Source of the DNA: a virus
DNA length: 64,000 nt
Strand: one strand, 5' to 3'
IMG/VR virus record: IMGVR_UViG_3300042691_015921
Shown here piece by piece: positions 44,726 to 55,565 of the stretch. Within the stretch, counting starts at the first letter, position 1; the number at the start of each line of letters is the position of its first letter. Made by a program: the position numbers and the translations under genes. Below the pieces are notes generated by a model. It ran no database searches, was not told the origin of the DNA, and worked only from the letters and a program-made list of their open reading frames with translations.

Positions 44726-46855
44726 ATGCCGCTACATCTAGCCAACAGAATTAAAGAAACTAGTATATCTTCTGGAAGTGGCATCATAGTACTTGGTGGT
44801 GCCCCCGCTACATATCAGCCATTCTCTTCCGTTTTATCTGATGGCGATATAACATACTATACAGTTGTTGATAATAGTAATTGGGAAGTAGGAATTGGAA
44901 CATATTCATCAAATACTCTTACAAGAGATATCATTCTCTCTAGTTCTAATTCTAACAATAAGATTAACCTAGATGGATCTAGTAATGTTTTTATAGCTTA
45001 TCCTTCTGAAAAAAGCGTCTATAAGGATGAAGCCGATAGGGTAGTTGCTGGATCTTCTGGTATATTAATTAATGGCGGGATTCCGGGTAATGTATCCGGG
45101 GTTCTATATAATGCCAACAGTATACTGTACTTTAATGGATATCCCCTGAGTGTTAGCGGGCATCTTCATTCTGCAAGTGACATAACAAATTTCGCTAGCG
45201 GAGTTAGTGGGCTGTTGCCAGTAGTTTCTATCACTGGAGGATATGGAGTTGGTGTTACCAACACTAGCGGTAATCATACTATTTATTCAACTTTAACTAC
45301 TGTTAGTGAATCTTACTCATTAGTCACAACAGTTTTTAATAGGAACGGATCTGTCCTACCAAAGTTCTCTGTCGTTTACATTAGCGGTGGACAGGGAGAT
45401 CTACCAACAGTCACCCTTGCTTTAGCGAACGGGGAGCCAAAATCTAGTAAGACATTTGGAATTACAAAAGAAGAAATTCCCGCAATGAGCAGCGGTCATG
45501 TTGTTGTGTATGGAAATATCTATGGAATAGATACGGACCAATTCAACATAAATGCTCCTCATGGGGATGTTAATGGGCGTATTCTATATCTAAGCCCAAC
45601 AGTGTCTGGCGGATTAACTATTGATAAGCCATATGTTCCGAATCATCTTGTATCTGTTGGCACCGTTATTAGAACTCACCAAAATGAAGGTGTATTTAAT
45701 GTTCGCATACAAAATGGTTTTGAGTTAGAAGAACTACATAATGTTGCTACCACTGGTGCGGTTAGTGGACAGTTTTTAAAATATAACGGTGGGCTATGGA
45801 GAAATACAGGAATACTAAGTTCTGATATTAGCGACTTCTCATCTGCTGTTAGCGGTATTTCTCCGAATATTACAATTACGGGAGTTAGCGGCGTAGGAGT
45901 CAATAAGAGCGGAAATTCTTATACTATCTATACGACTGGAACGTTTGGATTAAGTCAAAGTCAAGTATTAAATTTACTTAATAGTGGCATTAATATTTAT
46001 GTTATTGACGGAACCGGTAATTTTTCTTCCTTGTCTGTAAATGGAACTGGAGTGAGCCTTAGTGGACATACCCATACTAGTTCTCAGATTACTGACTTTA
46101 ATACATCGGTCAATAGCCTAATTTCTGTTAAAAATGTAAGCGGTAGTGGTTATGTAAATGTAACTGCTACAACTGGGAATTATATAGTTTCTGTTAGCGG
46201 TTTACAACCTAGCGGAAACTATAGTTTGGTAGGTCATAATCATACCGCAAGCAATATAACAGATTTTAATACAGCGACGAGCGGACTTTTAACGCCATAT
46301 GCTCTATTAAATAGTGGAAACTTTAATAGTCTATTTGTCACAGGAGTTCCGGTTAGTCTCAGCGGTCATACACACTCTAGTTCACAAATAACTGATTTTA
46401 ATTCAGCAGTTAGTGGACTTCTTCCATTTACTGGAGTTGTTGGAAGCGGAAATGTCATTATAAGTTCTTCAAATAGAGTCCTGAATATTAGCACAAGCGG
46501 TCTTCAACCCAGTGGCAACTATAGCGTAAGCGGACATTCTCATACCGTTTCTGATATCTCTAATTTTGATAGCGGAGTAAGCGGATTATTACCAGTAAAG
46601 GATATCCTGCCCGGTACGAACGTAACCATAACTAGCAATAACGGAATTTATACGATTAATTCTTCCGGCGGCGGTAGTGGAGGAGGCAGCGTTTCTGTAT
46701 CTGATCCAGGCTCTGGGAGATTACTAACGTCTGATGGAACAAGCTCTGGTATAATTGGTCAAAGTGATTTAACTTTTATCGATAATAGATTAACCGTGAA
46801 TGGTGTTATAATAAATAACGGAAACAACTTATATATGTGGTCAAACTTTAGATAA
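44726..46855 (+). CDS. virion fibre protein with HxH tail repeats
   Basis: Five SGH.H..S.I..F...VSGL-type repeats; Ser/Gly-rich. Confidence 0.7.
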   Translation: MPLHLANRIKETSISSGSGIIVLGGAPATYQPFSSVLSDGDITYYTVVDNSNWEVGIGTYSSNTLTRDIILSSSNSNNKINLDGSSNVFIAYPSEKSVYKDEADRVVAGSSGILINGGIPGNVSGVLYNANSILYFNGYPLSVSGHLHSASDITNFASGVSGLLPVVSITGGYGVGVTNTSGNHTIYSTLTTVSESYSLVTTVFNRNGSVLPKFSVVYISGGQGDLPTVTLALANGEPKSSKTFGITKEEIPAMSSGHVVVYGNIYGIDTDQFNINAPHGDVNGRILYLSPTVSGGLTIDKPYVPNHLVSVGTVIRTHQNEGVFNVRIQNGFELEELHNVATTGAVSGQFLKYNGGLWRNTGILSSDISDFSSAVSGISPNITITGVSGVGVNKSGNSYTIYTTGTFGLSQSQVLNLLNSGINIYVIDGTGNFSSLSVNGTGVSLSGHTHTSSQITDFNTSVNSLISVKNVSGSGYVNVTATTGNYIVSVSGLQPSGNYSLVGHNHTASNITDFNTATSGLLTPYALLNSGNFNSLFVTGVPVSLSGHTHSSSQITDFNSAVSGLLPFTGVVGSGNVIISSSNRVLNISTSGLQPSGNYSVSGHSHTVSDISNFDSGVSGLLPVKDILPGTNVTITSNNGIYTINSSGGGSGGGSVSVSDPGSGRLLTSDGTSSGIIGQSDLTFIDNRLTVNGVIINNGNNLYMWSNFR

Positions 46856-46866
46856 AGGAAAATAAT

Positions 46867-47265
46867 ATGGCAGATAATCCAGCATTCGCTGTTTTTCCAG
46901 AAATTGGAAATGGTTTAGTAACGATTCTGAATAACAATAGGGACGGAATTTCAGGTTCTGGATATGTTCCGTTTGTTAGTGGTTCTATAGCTGGCACAAG
47001 AGTTGCAGAGATTGTTGTTCATGCAACAGGAACGACTGTTGCGGGATTGGCTAGAATCTATATTTCTGGGGTTGGAATAGTTGGTAATCCATTATTTGAC
47101 GAAATAACTATTGCGGCAGCAACTCCTTCCGCGAGCGTTAAGGCCACAAGAATTAGTACTACTTATAATAATCTTGTGTTAATGAGTGGGCAAGTTTTAA
47201 GTGCCGCTAACAGTATAGGACCAACTCAGGGTTTTAACATCATAGCGTTCGGAGCGGACCTGTGA
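46867..47265 (+). CDS. fibre-associated structural protein
   Basis: Position; MA.NP.F...GADL pattern. Confidence 0.55.
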   Translation: MADNPAFAVFPEIGNGLVTILNNNRDGISGSGYVPFVSGSIAGTRVAEIVVHATGTTVAGLARIYISGVGIVGNPLFDEITIAAATPSASVKATRISTTYNNLVLMSGQVLSAANSIGPTQGFNIIAFGADL

Positions 47266-48959
47266 ACAACGGAATAGTTTCTCAAAACTTAAGCTTGAAT
47301 GATCCCTTTGGTAATCTTCCCAAAGGATTATTGGGCGTTCCAACCGTTATAAATACTCCCTATCATTTTCCCCCAAATACGGACTGGAGCGTTAATACAA
47401 ATAATTTAGTCTTGGTTTTTGATACTAGATTAACGTTTTCTCGTTCTTTATATGGCACAATACAAGTTCCGTCAACAACTATTTATCTACAGATACGTAC
47501 TCTCGCAACACAAAGAGCTATCATAGATTGGGGAGATGGATCAACCACAATTTTACAAGAGGCGGGTTTTTCTACCCAATCACACACTTATGCGTGTCAC
47601 GGAGTTTATACTGTTCAAATTTCTAGTGTAACATCATTTGATTTTGGAACAAGTGCGAATCTTTTAGATACTAGAGCATTAATTAAGTGTAATTCATTTG
47701 GCAAGATTCCATTTGGGGCGATTTCCTTGACATTCACCTTTGCAGAAAATGTAAATTTGATAGATTGTCCAGAAACTATTCCAACTGGAATAACGAGTAT
47801 GAACAATTTTTTTCGCAGATGCTCTAACTTTAATAATTCAAAAGTTAGTTACTGGAATACTAGTAATATAGTCGATATAAATAACGCATTTCTTGCGGCA
47901 ACTAATTTTAATCAGCCATTATATTGGAATACTAGCAAAGTTACTAGTATGCAGAATACATTTAACTCTTGTGTTGTTTTTCAAGGACAAGGATTAGAAA
48001 ACTGGGATGTGAGTGGTGTTACTAATATGGGTGATATGTTCATTAATTGTTCAAATTTTAATGCAAATTTAAGTTCATGGGATGTAAGAAGCCTAAGAAC
48101 GTGTCCGACAATATTTTCTTCTTGTCCTTCTTTCATCGGGAGTGGACTGAGCAATTGGCAATTGAGGCCGGTAGGTACTATACAGAATATGTTCTCTAGT
48201 TGCACAAGATTAGGTAGCGGATTACCACTAACTCTGAGTAACTGGAATGTTACTGGAGTTACCAGCATGAATAGTTTGTTTAGTTTTTGTACGAATCTAA
48301 CAAATTTAACCATAAGCGGATGGCGGGGGGCGAATGGATGTATTCATGATAATATGTTTGCCAATGCAAATATAAGTGGAAGTTATCTCCCTAATTGGGT
48401 ATTTTCTAGTGGAAATAGTTGCAACAATTTATTTGGTGGTTGTAATATGGCAAATGTATCCGGTTTAAGTAGCTGGAATACTAGCGGTATAACTAATCCT
48501 AGATCTATGTTTGCGGGAGCGACGAACTTAAATTCTATAGACAGTATTTCAAATTGGGATACTAGAAATTTTACTGATACGAGAAGTATGTTTCAGACTA
48601 ATTTTAATCAGAATCTTAGTGGGTGGAATGTTTCTAAGGTTACTACTATGGAGGCGATGTTTGCGTCTAATCCCGTGTTTGCCGGCAGCGGGCTAGAAAA
48701 TTGGAATTTAGCAGGACTTAATGTTTCATCAGCTTTGAACTTATTCCTAGTCAATGGAGGAATACCATCTGGGCAATATGATTTAATACTCAATAGCTGG
48801 GCATCTAAAACAGGATTGTCTCAAAACGGAGTAGCAAATTGGTTTTCGCCAATGACTCCGAATTTTGGGAATAGTAAATTCACCGCGGCCGGCAGCGGGG
48901 CGAGAGAGGCTTTACGAGCATACGGTTGGGTTTTTTCAGACGGAGGCTTACAAACATGA
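47262..48959 (+). CDS. DUF285/BspA-like repeat protein with PKD-like N-terminus
   Basis: IDWGDG..HTY; many W(N/D)(T/V)S.VT.M..MF repeats. Confidence 0.8.
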   Translation: MNNGIVSQNLSLNDPFGNLPKGLLGVPTVINTPYHFPPNTDWSVNTNNLVLVFDTRLTFSRSLYGTIQVPSTTIYLQIRTLATQRAIIDWGDGSTTILQEAGFSTQSHTYACHGVYTVQISSVTSFDFGTSANLLDTRALIKCNSFGKIPFGAISLTFTFAENVNLIDCPETIPTGITSMNNFFRRCSNFNNSKVSYWNTSNIVDINNAFLAATNFNQPLYWNTSKVTSMQNTFNSCVVFQGQGLENWDVSGVTNMGDMFINCSNFNANLSSWDVRSLRTCPTIFSSCPSFIGSGLSNWQLRPVGTIQNMFSSCTRLGSGLPLTLSNWNVTGVTSMNSLFSFCTNLTNLTISGWRGANGCIHDNMFANANISGSYLPNWVFSSGNSCNNLFGGCNMANVSGLSSWNTSGITNPRSMFAGATNLNSIDSISNWDTRNFTDTRSMFQTNFNQNLSGWNVSKVTTMEAMFASNPVFAGSGLENWNLAGLNVSSALNLFLVNGGIPSGQYDLILNSWASKTGLSQNGVANWFSPMTPNFGNSKFTAAGSGAREALRAYGWVFSDGGLQT

Positions 48960-49558
48960 GCAGTGAAATTAGAGCCGGCAATCAGAGAATATACTGGATA
49001 ATTAGTAACGGTAATGGATATATCGATGGAGTTACCGATCCAAACTTAGTGACCACTGTTGGTTATGGAATGCATATTTATTGGCTTGGTATTGACTTTC
49101 AAGAATATCAGAATGCCTGTGTGATGGCGGGAATAGTCCCTAGTACTAGTCCAGATATTCCTACAACTAGCGATAACCCGATAATCCTTCAACCATTAAT
49201 GTTAATAAATAATCTATCTCAAAAATTAGACGAATCCGCTGAACAAAAAGAAAAAATGGAAATTGTAATAACAGATATCGAAACTAAATTAGATAGAGTA
49301 AATAGCGTTATTCCCGGTCAGAGAATTAGTGCCAGACAGGCAAGATTATGGTTAATCCAAAATGGAGTATCTCTCGATGATATATATTCCGTGATAGATT
49401 CTATAGAAGATCAACTGATAAGAGAGTCTATAAAAGCGGAATGGGAATATGCTCCGTATATTGAGAGAAATCACGCATGGATAAGTCAATTAACTGTTGT
49501 TCTTGGTTTATCAGAAGAAGATCTTGATAGAGCATTCCAAGAAGCCTCGCTGTTATAA
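48956..49558 (+). CDS. fibre-associated hypothetical protein
   Basis: ISARQARLWL...EWEYA..I.R.H...LGL....LD..F..A chaperone-like tail. Confidence 0.6.
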   Translation: MSSEIRAGNQRIYWIISNGNGYIDGVTDPNLVTTVGYGMHIYWLGIDFQEYQNACVMAGIVPSTSPDIPTTSDNPIILQPLMLINNLSQKLDESAEQKEKMEIVITDIETKLDRVNSVIPGQRISARQARLWLIQNGVSLDDIYSVIDSIEDQLIRESIKAEWEYAPYIERNHAWISQLTVVLGLSEEDLDRAFQEASLL

Positions 49559-49598
49559 AAATGGATATATATGGAGTATACTAATATGGAAGAGACTT

Positions 49599-49787
49599 AT
49601 GTTTTGTGAAGCACCAATTTGTGATTTGCCATTTTCTTCTTTTGTTTTTATAACTACCGTTACGGTTGAAGTTTTTAATTTCGACCTAGATATACAGCAA
49701 TTAAGTAGTTTTGTTTTTGATATAAGTCAATATAATAATTTTACACTAGATATTAACAATTCAAATAATTTTATCGTATTTAAATAG
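49599..49787 (+). CDS. hypothetical protein
   Basis: Start MFCEAP after a late-type motif. Confidence 0.5.
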   Translation: MFCEAPICDLPFSSFVFITTVTVEVFNFDLDIQQLSSFVFDISQYNNFTLDINNSNNFIVFK

Positions 49788-49795
49788 GCTAAAAT

Positions 49796-50101
49796 ATGGC
49801 TAGCGAAATACATGTTGGTGATATTGGAACTCAGTTGATCATGACCGTTAAAGATAATGGTGAAATTGTAGACATTTCCAATGCATCATTATTACAGGTT
49901 ATTATTAGAAAACCAGATGGACAATCATATACTAAAACAGGAACTTTATATACTAACGGTGTAGATGGTAAAATGTATTATTCATCTATTTCGGGCGATT
50001 TTAATGTGGCGGGAAATTATAAACTTCAAGGGAAGGTGACTTTGCCGGGTGGGATTTATTATACTAGTATTTCTGACTTTAAAGTGTATTGCAACCTATA
50101 A
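49796..50101 (+). CDS. BppU-N-like structural protein
   Basis: GDIGT....VD.S.A......KPDG.....DG...Y....DF..AG.YK.Q. Confidence 0.65.
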   Translation: MASEIHVGDIGTQLIMTVKDNGEIVDISNASLLQVIIRKPDGQSYTKTGTLYTNGVDGKMYYSSISGDFNVAGNYKLQGKVTLPGGIYYTSISDFKVYCNL

Positions 50102-50110
50102 GGGGGTATT

Positions 50111-50641
50111 ATGTCTTGGCAAGGCGAAATGACAACTATAGTGCGAACACTTATAAGTGACGTAGATCCGACAAACTATACATATTCTAATTCCCGACTA
50201 GAAACTTCAATTCTAGTTGCAGCACAGATTGTTCTAACAGAAGTTGATTTTGAGAATATCTATACTGTGGATGTTGAACAGTGTTATTTGCGTCCAGATC
50301 CAACTGATCCAACAACGGGATTATCAACGGTGAATAAGGACGATGCTTTCATTAATTTAGTTTCACTTAAAACAGCAGTAATAATTATGGGAAGCGAGAT
50401 GAAAACATCCGCTCTTAGTGCATTAAAAGTTGTAGATGGTCCAAGTTCGATAGATTACACGGCTGTTGCAACAAATATAAAATACCTATATGAATACGCC
50501 CACAAGACTTACGAACAATTTAAATTTAATTATATTGCAGGAAATAACGCTGTTGGTAAAGCAATTCTTAGTCCATATTCTCCAGGCAGCAATGTCGTGG
50601 CTAGATATGGTAGTAGTACATTTAGACAATATCTCAGATAA
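50111..50641 (+). CDS. putative head-tail adaptor
   Basis: VRTLI.D......YS..RL; position. Confidence 0.6.
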   Translation: MSWQGEMTTIVRTLISDVDPTNYTYSNSRLETSILVAAQIVLTEVDFENIYTVDVEQCYLRPDPTDPTTGLSTVNKDDAFINLVSLKTAVIIMGSEMKTSALSALKVVDGPSSIDYTAVATNIKYLYEYAHKTYEQFKFNYIAGNNAVGKAILSPYSPGSNVVARYGSSTFRQYLR

Positions 50642-50652
50642 GGATAATAAAC

Positions 50653-50856
50653 ATGCCTGACGTTATACAAAAAGTGATAAGTGCCAATGATTATAAAAAT
50701 GGTTCAGTAGTAGTTTCTGTAGATAAACTTGGAGTAGTAACAAATCATACTATAAATCCAAAAATTAATCAGACTTCACAGATTCCAACACAAAGTGGCA
50801 TTTTAGATAATAGATTTGATGACGTTAGATATTACAGTGGAGATACATCAGCATAA
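50653..50856 (+). CDS. hypothetical protein
   Basis: ORF with an AAGGA RBS. Confidence 0.55.
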   Translation: MPDVIQKVISANDYKNGSVVVSVDKLGVVTNHTINPKINQTSQIPTQSGILDNRFDDVRYYSGDTSA

Positions 50857-51335
50857 TGCTTAAAATTCCAGACATTATAGGTATAAAATATGCAGAAGTA
50901 ATGGATTCTTTTTTAGAATCCGATTTATACACTGTTCCTTGTCAGCTTGTTTATAATGAACAAATAGAAGTTATAGACAATCAGATGCCTCCAGTGAGGC
51001 AAAATAAAACGATGAATTTACAAGATATGCATCCAAGCAATGGTTTTAAAAGAGGTGATAAGTCTTTTAGAACAATCGAAACAACAGAAAATATTTCACT
51101 TCGAATGTATTGGGACAAAAAAGATTTTCAAAAATTTGGTCATATACAAGTTCAGGACGGAGTTGTAATGACAATCACAAAGTATGAAAATCTTGATAAA
51201 TTTAATAAGGCAATAGCATTACTTGTATGTACAGATAAAACATCTCATCAAGAATGGCGTTTTATAAAATCAGCAGAACCAATTGTGCATGGATTAAATA
51301 ATAATTATCTCATGGCATTTTGGAGGCGTGCATAG
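50856..51335 (+). CDS. putative head-closure protein
   Basis: Size and position only. Confidence 0.5.
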   Translation: MLKIPDIIGIKYAEVMDSFLESDLYTVPCQLVYNEQIEVIDNQMPPVRQNKTMNLQDMHPSNGFKRGDKSFRTIETTENISLRMYWDKKDFQKFGHIQVQDGVVMTITKYENLDKFNKAIALLVCTDKTSHQEWRFIKSAEPIVHGLNNNYLMAFWRRA

Positions 51336-51979
51336 TGTTAATTGGTAATTTAACTATAACCGATACTAGTGTATTTGAAAAGGCCGCATTAGACTTTGCG
51401 ACTAAGAATATCAAATTTACTGGAACTATATCAGACGATGTTAAATTTCAAATTGGTGTACTTATATTAAAAGCGTTAATGGATTCTCCAACCACACAAG
51501 AATTATTATCTGGTAAACTAAGGGATGACCTGGGTTTATTTGGAAATCTTGTTAATTCAACCATTGAGGCCATTGCTAAACACATTACAGATGGTATGGA
51601 AATAGAAGCACCAAAAAAGGGAAAAAAACTACCAACCATCAAACTTAAGTTTATGGCACAGGATGTCAATAAGATTATTAAAGTTCCGGGAGCGAGCTTT
51701 CAAAGCAAAGGTGGATCAGTTGATTGGCTAGAATGGCTATTAACCCGTGGAACTCAAATAATTATTTCAGATTATTGGATTTTCTCAGAGGCAGAGGGCA
51801 AAACTAGATCTGGCGGTAAAAAGGTAATGCAAAAAATATCTAAAACCCCAAGAGATCCGTTTCGTATTGACCCAAAACATGCTGGGACTGTTAAAGATAA
51901 TTTTGTTACCAGGGCATTAGACTCAATAAAAGACGATATTTCTACACTTGTTATGTCATCAATGATGGGAACTAACTAA
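51335..51979 (+). CDS. putative neck protein
   Basis: Position; WLEWLL..G and GT..DNFVTRA. Confidence 0.5.
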   Translation: MLIGNLTITDTSVFEKAALDFATKNIKFTGTISDDVKFQIGVLILKALMDSPTTQELLSGKLRDDLGLFGNLVNSTIEAIAKHITDGMEIEAPKKGKKLPTIKLKFMAQDVNKIIKVPGASFQSKGGSVDWLEWLLTRGTQIIISDYWIFSEAEGKTRSGGKKVMQKISKTPRDPFRIDPKHAGTVKDNFVTRALDSIKDDISTLVMSSMMGTN

Positions 51980-52932
51980 TGGCAACATTAAAGGGTTTTA
52001 ATACTTTTGGTGATGCTACTGTCACTACTCATTTACGAGAAAATCTGATTTCATTATTTGATTATGGACTAATTGAAAAATCGGCCTTTATTAATGTGGA
52101 TATACCATCAACCGGATATTATGGCGGATTAGAACATAAACTTGCTTTAGTTGATGATCATAGATATCAGAGCGGTCAGGTTTGGGAGGGATTTCGATCT
52201 AATTGGGTTTGGGAAAGCGGAATGGGGGCTTTTACTAGCACAAACAATGCTTATCCTGGCGTTTCTGGCGTTTATGTAAACAATGTTTTTTATCCAACCT
52301 CTACAACAGGTACATATTCACATCATATAAACCATCAGCTTGGAAGAGTCATATTTAATAGCCCGATAGCTACAAACTCCTCTGTTACATGTAGATATAG
52401 TTATAAATATGTCAATGTAACAAAAGCTGATGGACTAGAATGGTTCAAACAAATTCAGCAAAATTCAGAAAGATCTGAAAATCCTAATTTTATTAATAAT
52501 GAGGGAGAATGGGGGATGTTAGCAGATAATAGACTCCAACTTCCAGCTATTGGTATAGAGATAATCAATTATAGAAAAATGACTCCCTATGCCCTTGGTG
52601 GTGGACAGCATATTTTTACTGATTTTCTTTTTCATTGCGTGGCAGAGGATGTATATACAAGAGATCATTTAGTAGATATTATAACGCTGCAAAATCAAAA
52701 AGTTATGAAAACTTATGATTTAGATAAAATTGCGGCAGATAATGCTTTTCCACTTGATTATAGAGGCGTTCCAATATCTGGTGCCCTGTTGTATCCTGAT
52801 CTTTTATCAAAATATGAGGGTAATTATATCCGCCTTATTGATTCAAGTATTGATGCAATATATCCACTTGGGACAAATGTTCATATAGGATCTGTTAAGG
52901 TAACAACAGAAACCGTACTTTTTGGTGTATAA
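51979..52932 (+). CDS. putative tail completion/terminator protein
   Basis: Position before the tail tube; QLPAIGIE. Confidence 0.5.
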   Translation: MATLKGFNTFGDATVTTHLRENLISLFDYGLIEKSAFINVDIPSTGYYGGLEHKLALVDDHRYQSGQVWEGFRSNWVWESGMGAFTSTNNAYPGVSGVYVNNVFYPTSTTGTYSHHINHQLGRVIFNSPIATNSSVTCRYSYKYVNVTKADGLEWFKQIQQNSERSENPNFINNEGEWGMLADNRLQLPAIGIEIINYRKMTPYALGGGQHIFTDFLFHCVAEDVYTRDHLVDIITLQNQKVMKTYDLDKIAADNAFPLDYRGVPISGALLYPDLLSKYEGNYIRLIDSSIDAIYPLGTNVHIGSVKVTTETVLFGV

Positions 52933-52968
52933 ACTATAAATCACCCCCTTTTTTTTTGGAGTAAACAA

Positions 52969-54171
52969 ATGCCCAGAGCTACAAATAATAATAAAAGAGT
53001 ATTTTATGCAACACAGGCTGTTGCTATTGGAGATATGGGTGCGACAACAGTTAAAGATAGCTGGCAGGCATCTACTGGAGGCACAGACTTTATTGGCACC
53101 GGAAATCTCATGATTGCACACGGACTCCAATCAATTGGTGTCACAACTAACTTTAATCTAGAACAAATTTTCGAACTTGGTCAGCTTTCTCTTTATGAGA
53201 ACTATGAAGAAGTTCCCGATATTGAAGTTACTTTTGAAAAAGTTCTTGACGGTTATACATTAATGTATCATGCCGGAACTCCAAGTGCCGTAAGTCCAAC
53301 ACTTACTGGTCGTGCCAACGCAAGAACAGACGTTAGAATGGCTGTTGGTGTTGATACAAACGAATATATGGCAAGCGGTGTCAACTCTGGTGTTGCTGAA
53401 CTATACTGCTCAGGTATGTATATTAGTTCAGTATCATATACTCTTGGAACTGATGGGAACTTTACTGAATCAACAACTTTTGTTGGCAACAATAAAGACT
53501 GGATTACAACAACAGGTACTGGCGGCGTATTAACAAGCGATGCCAACGGTGCGTTAGTTGCGGCATTAAGTACCGGTGTTTTTGGAAGCAATGCCCCAGG
53601 AAGTCCAAACAATAGCGTTCTAAGACGCAACAATCTTGTTATTGGATCTGGTTTCGTGGCATTAGGTTCTGGAACATTTAGAACAGAAGTTCCAAACCTA
53701 CTTGACGGTGGAGCGGCGGGCACTCTTACAAACTCTAAGTATATTGGCTCAACATCTGGTCCATATATTCAATCTATTAGTATAAGTTGCGATCTTGGTC
53801 GTGAAAATATTCAACAGCTTGGTAAGAAGGGGCCATACTATCGTTATGTAAGTTTTCCCGTAGATGTTACATGCGATATTGAAGTAACTGCTACTGGTGG
53901 GGACAATGTTGATGCTCTAGAAGAAGGCGATCCTTCAACCGGCAAGAATCTATCAAATCATTCGATTCAGCTTGTACTATCAGACAGCACTGTTTTCCAG
54001 CTTGGAAAGAAAAATAAGCTTACAAGCGTATCTTATGGTGGTGGTGATGCCGGCGGTGGTAATGCAACAATTACATATAGTTTTACAAATTCTAATGACT
54101 TTGTTGTACTACATTCTGGCGACCCAATGGTTATGGCAACTAGTGCTTATTGGAAAGACTGGTTTGCATGA
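52969..54171 (+). CDS. major tail tube protein
   Basis: GLQSIG.TTNF.LEQIFELGQ and a repeated IQSISIS...RE.I.QLG; Gly/Thr-rich; hairpin follows. Confidence 0.75.
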   Translation: MPRATNNNKRVFYATQAVAIGDMGATTVKDSWQASTGGTDFIGTGNLMIAHGLQSIGVTTNFNLEQIFELGQLSLYENYEEVPDIEVTFEKVLDGYTLMYHAGTPSAVSPTLTGRANARTDVRMAVGVDTNEYMASGVNSGVAELYCSGMYISSVSYTLGTDGNFTESTTFVGNNKDWITTTGTGGVLTSDANGALVAALSTGVFGSNAPGSPNNSVLRRNNLVIGSGFVALGSGTFRTEVPNLLDGGAAGTLTNSKYIGSTSGPYIQSISISCDLGRENIQQLGKKGPYYRYVSFPVDVTCDIEVTATGGDNVDALEEGDPSTGKNLSNHSIQLVLSDSTVFQLGKKNKLTSVSYGGGDAGGGNATITYSFTNSNDFVVLHSGDPMVMATSAYWKDWFA

Positions 54172-54209
54172 TAGTGTTGGTATGAGGGGGGAAATATTTC
54201 CCCCCTCAA

Positions 54210-55241
54210 TTGGACTTTCAGGACGGAAAATTGGAACATATAAACAGTTTAATATCGGGCATCTCTGTATTTAGACTAAGGAAGGAATATATCTACATTC
54301 GTCCATTTTCCGCAGAAGATAAAACTTTTGCGGATTTTTTTTCGCAAGAACAGTATGACGATGCATTAATAGATGGAGTATGGACCCAAAAAGATGCAGA
54401 AGATCATTTAATATCAATAGGATATCTATCTAAAACAAATGGGGAAGATATTAAAGAGATTGAAAAGAATATTGAAAATATGAAAGCGGATTACTTTAAT
54501 CACTTTTATAATTCAACAACAAGACAATATATCAAAACAAATATCGAAAAACAATATCAGAGACATACTGAACTTTACAATAAACAATATATATTTTATG
54601 ATAAAACTTGTGAGTATCTCAAACGTTATTCGTTTTTATCATACCTAATACAAAAAAATTCATTCTTTCAAAATGGAGATCTAGCATCTAATATAATACC
54701 AACTCAAATACTATATAATAAGTACATAGAGTGTATTAATGTCTTAAGCAGTTTAGCAAGAGATGTTGCCAAAAGTGATGAATGGAAAAACAAATGGTTT
54801 TCTTTAAAAGAAGGAGTATTTGAGAATAAACTATCTTCATTAACGGATGCCCAATTATCAGTTGTATCATGGTCTAACTATTATGACAGCGTTTATCAAT
54901 CTATGGATAAACCATCGGATGAAATAATAGAAGATAATATAGCACTAGATGGATGGTCAATCGTTCAAAGAAGAAAGAGGGCGGAAGAAGATAAGAAGAG
55001 AAATGCCGAAAAGATGTTGCCCGAAAAAATGCAAAATGCGGGGGAAATATTCTTGCCGGCACGTAGCAAGAAAGAAGCGGAAGATGTTATGAGTCTAAAT
55101 AACGGGGAAGGATTAGCGAGAATTAAATCATTGAAAAAGGATTTGAGGGAACGCGGCTCCGTTGAAGAGTCTCAACTAAGTAGTACCAGACGGGATTTGC
55201 AAATGCAGGCTTTACAAATGGCCTCAGAACATAGGAGATAA
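54210..55241 (+). CDS. hypothetical protein, possible tail assembly factor
   Basis: 343-aa ORF between tube and tape measure; the TTG start is uncertain. Confidence 0.6.
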   Translation: MDFQDGKLEHINSLISGISVFRLRKEYIYIRPFSAEDKTFADFFSQEQYDDALIDGVWTQKDAEDHLISIGYLSKTNGEDIKEIEKNIENMKADYFNHFYNSTTRQYIKTNIEKQYQRHTELYNKQYIFYDKTCEYLKRYSFLSYLIQKNSFFQNGDLASNIIPTQILYNKYIECINVLSSLARDVAKSDEWKNKWFSLKEGVFENKLSSLTDAQLSVVSWSNYYDSVYQSMDKPSDEIIEDNIALDGWSIVQRRKRAEEDKKRNAEKMLPEKMQNAGEIFLPARSKKEAEDVMSLNNGEGLARIKSLKKDLRERGSVEESQLSSTRRDLQMQALQMASEHRR

Positions 55242-55244
55242 AAA

Positions 55245-55556
55245 ATGGACAGGAAACAAGATATTATAAGCGAACGGTCTAAAACTAGACTAAAGAAAGA
55301 AATGAAAAAAAGAGTCCAAACTACGATGATAGGCTCTCTTTATAGTATTGAAAAATACTTCGGGTTTCTTTGGGGTGAAGGATCAGATAGAGAGCCTACC
55401 AAAGATCAACTTAGGATGAGGGATATTTTTGAAGAGATGAGGACAGAGATTCTAGATAAAGGTAATACCCAAATTAGGAATACCGATCTAGAAATTGAGA
55501 ACTATGACGTTACATGGAATAAGTATCACATTAATTTACCAATAAGAAGAATCTGA
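55245..55556 (+). CDS. hypothetical protein
   Basis: AGGAG RBS. Confidence 0.65.
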   Translation: MDRKQDIISERSKTRLKKEMKKRVQTTMIGSLYSIEKYFGFLWGEGSDREPTKDQLRMRDIFEEMRTEILDKGNTQIRNTDLEIENYDVTWNKYHINLPIRRI

Positions 55557-55565
55557 GGAGGGAAC

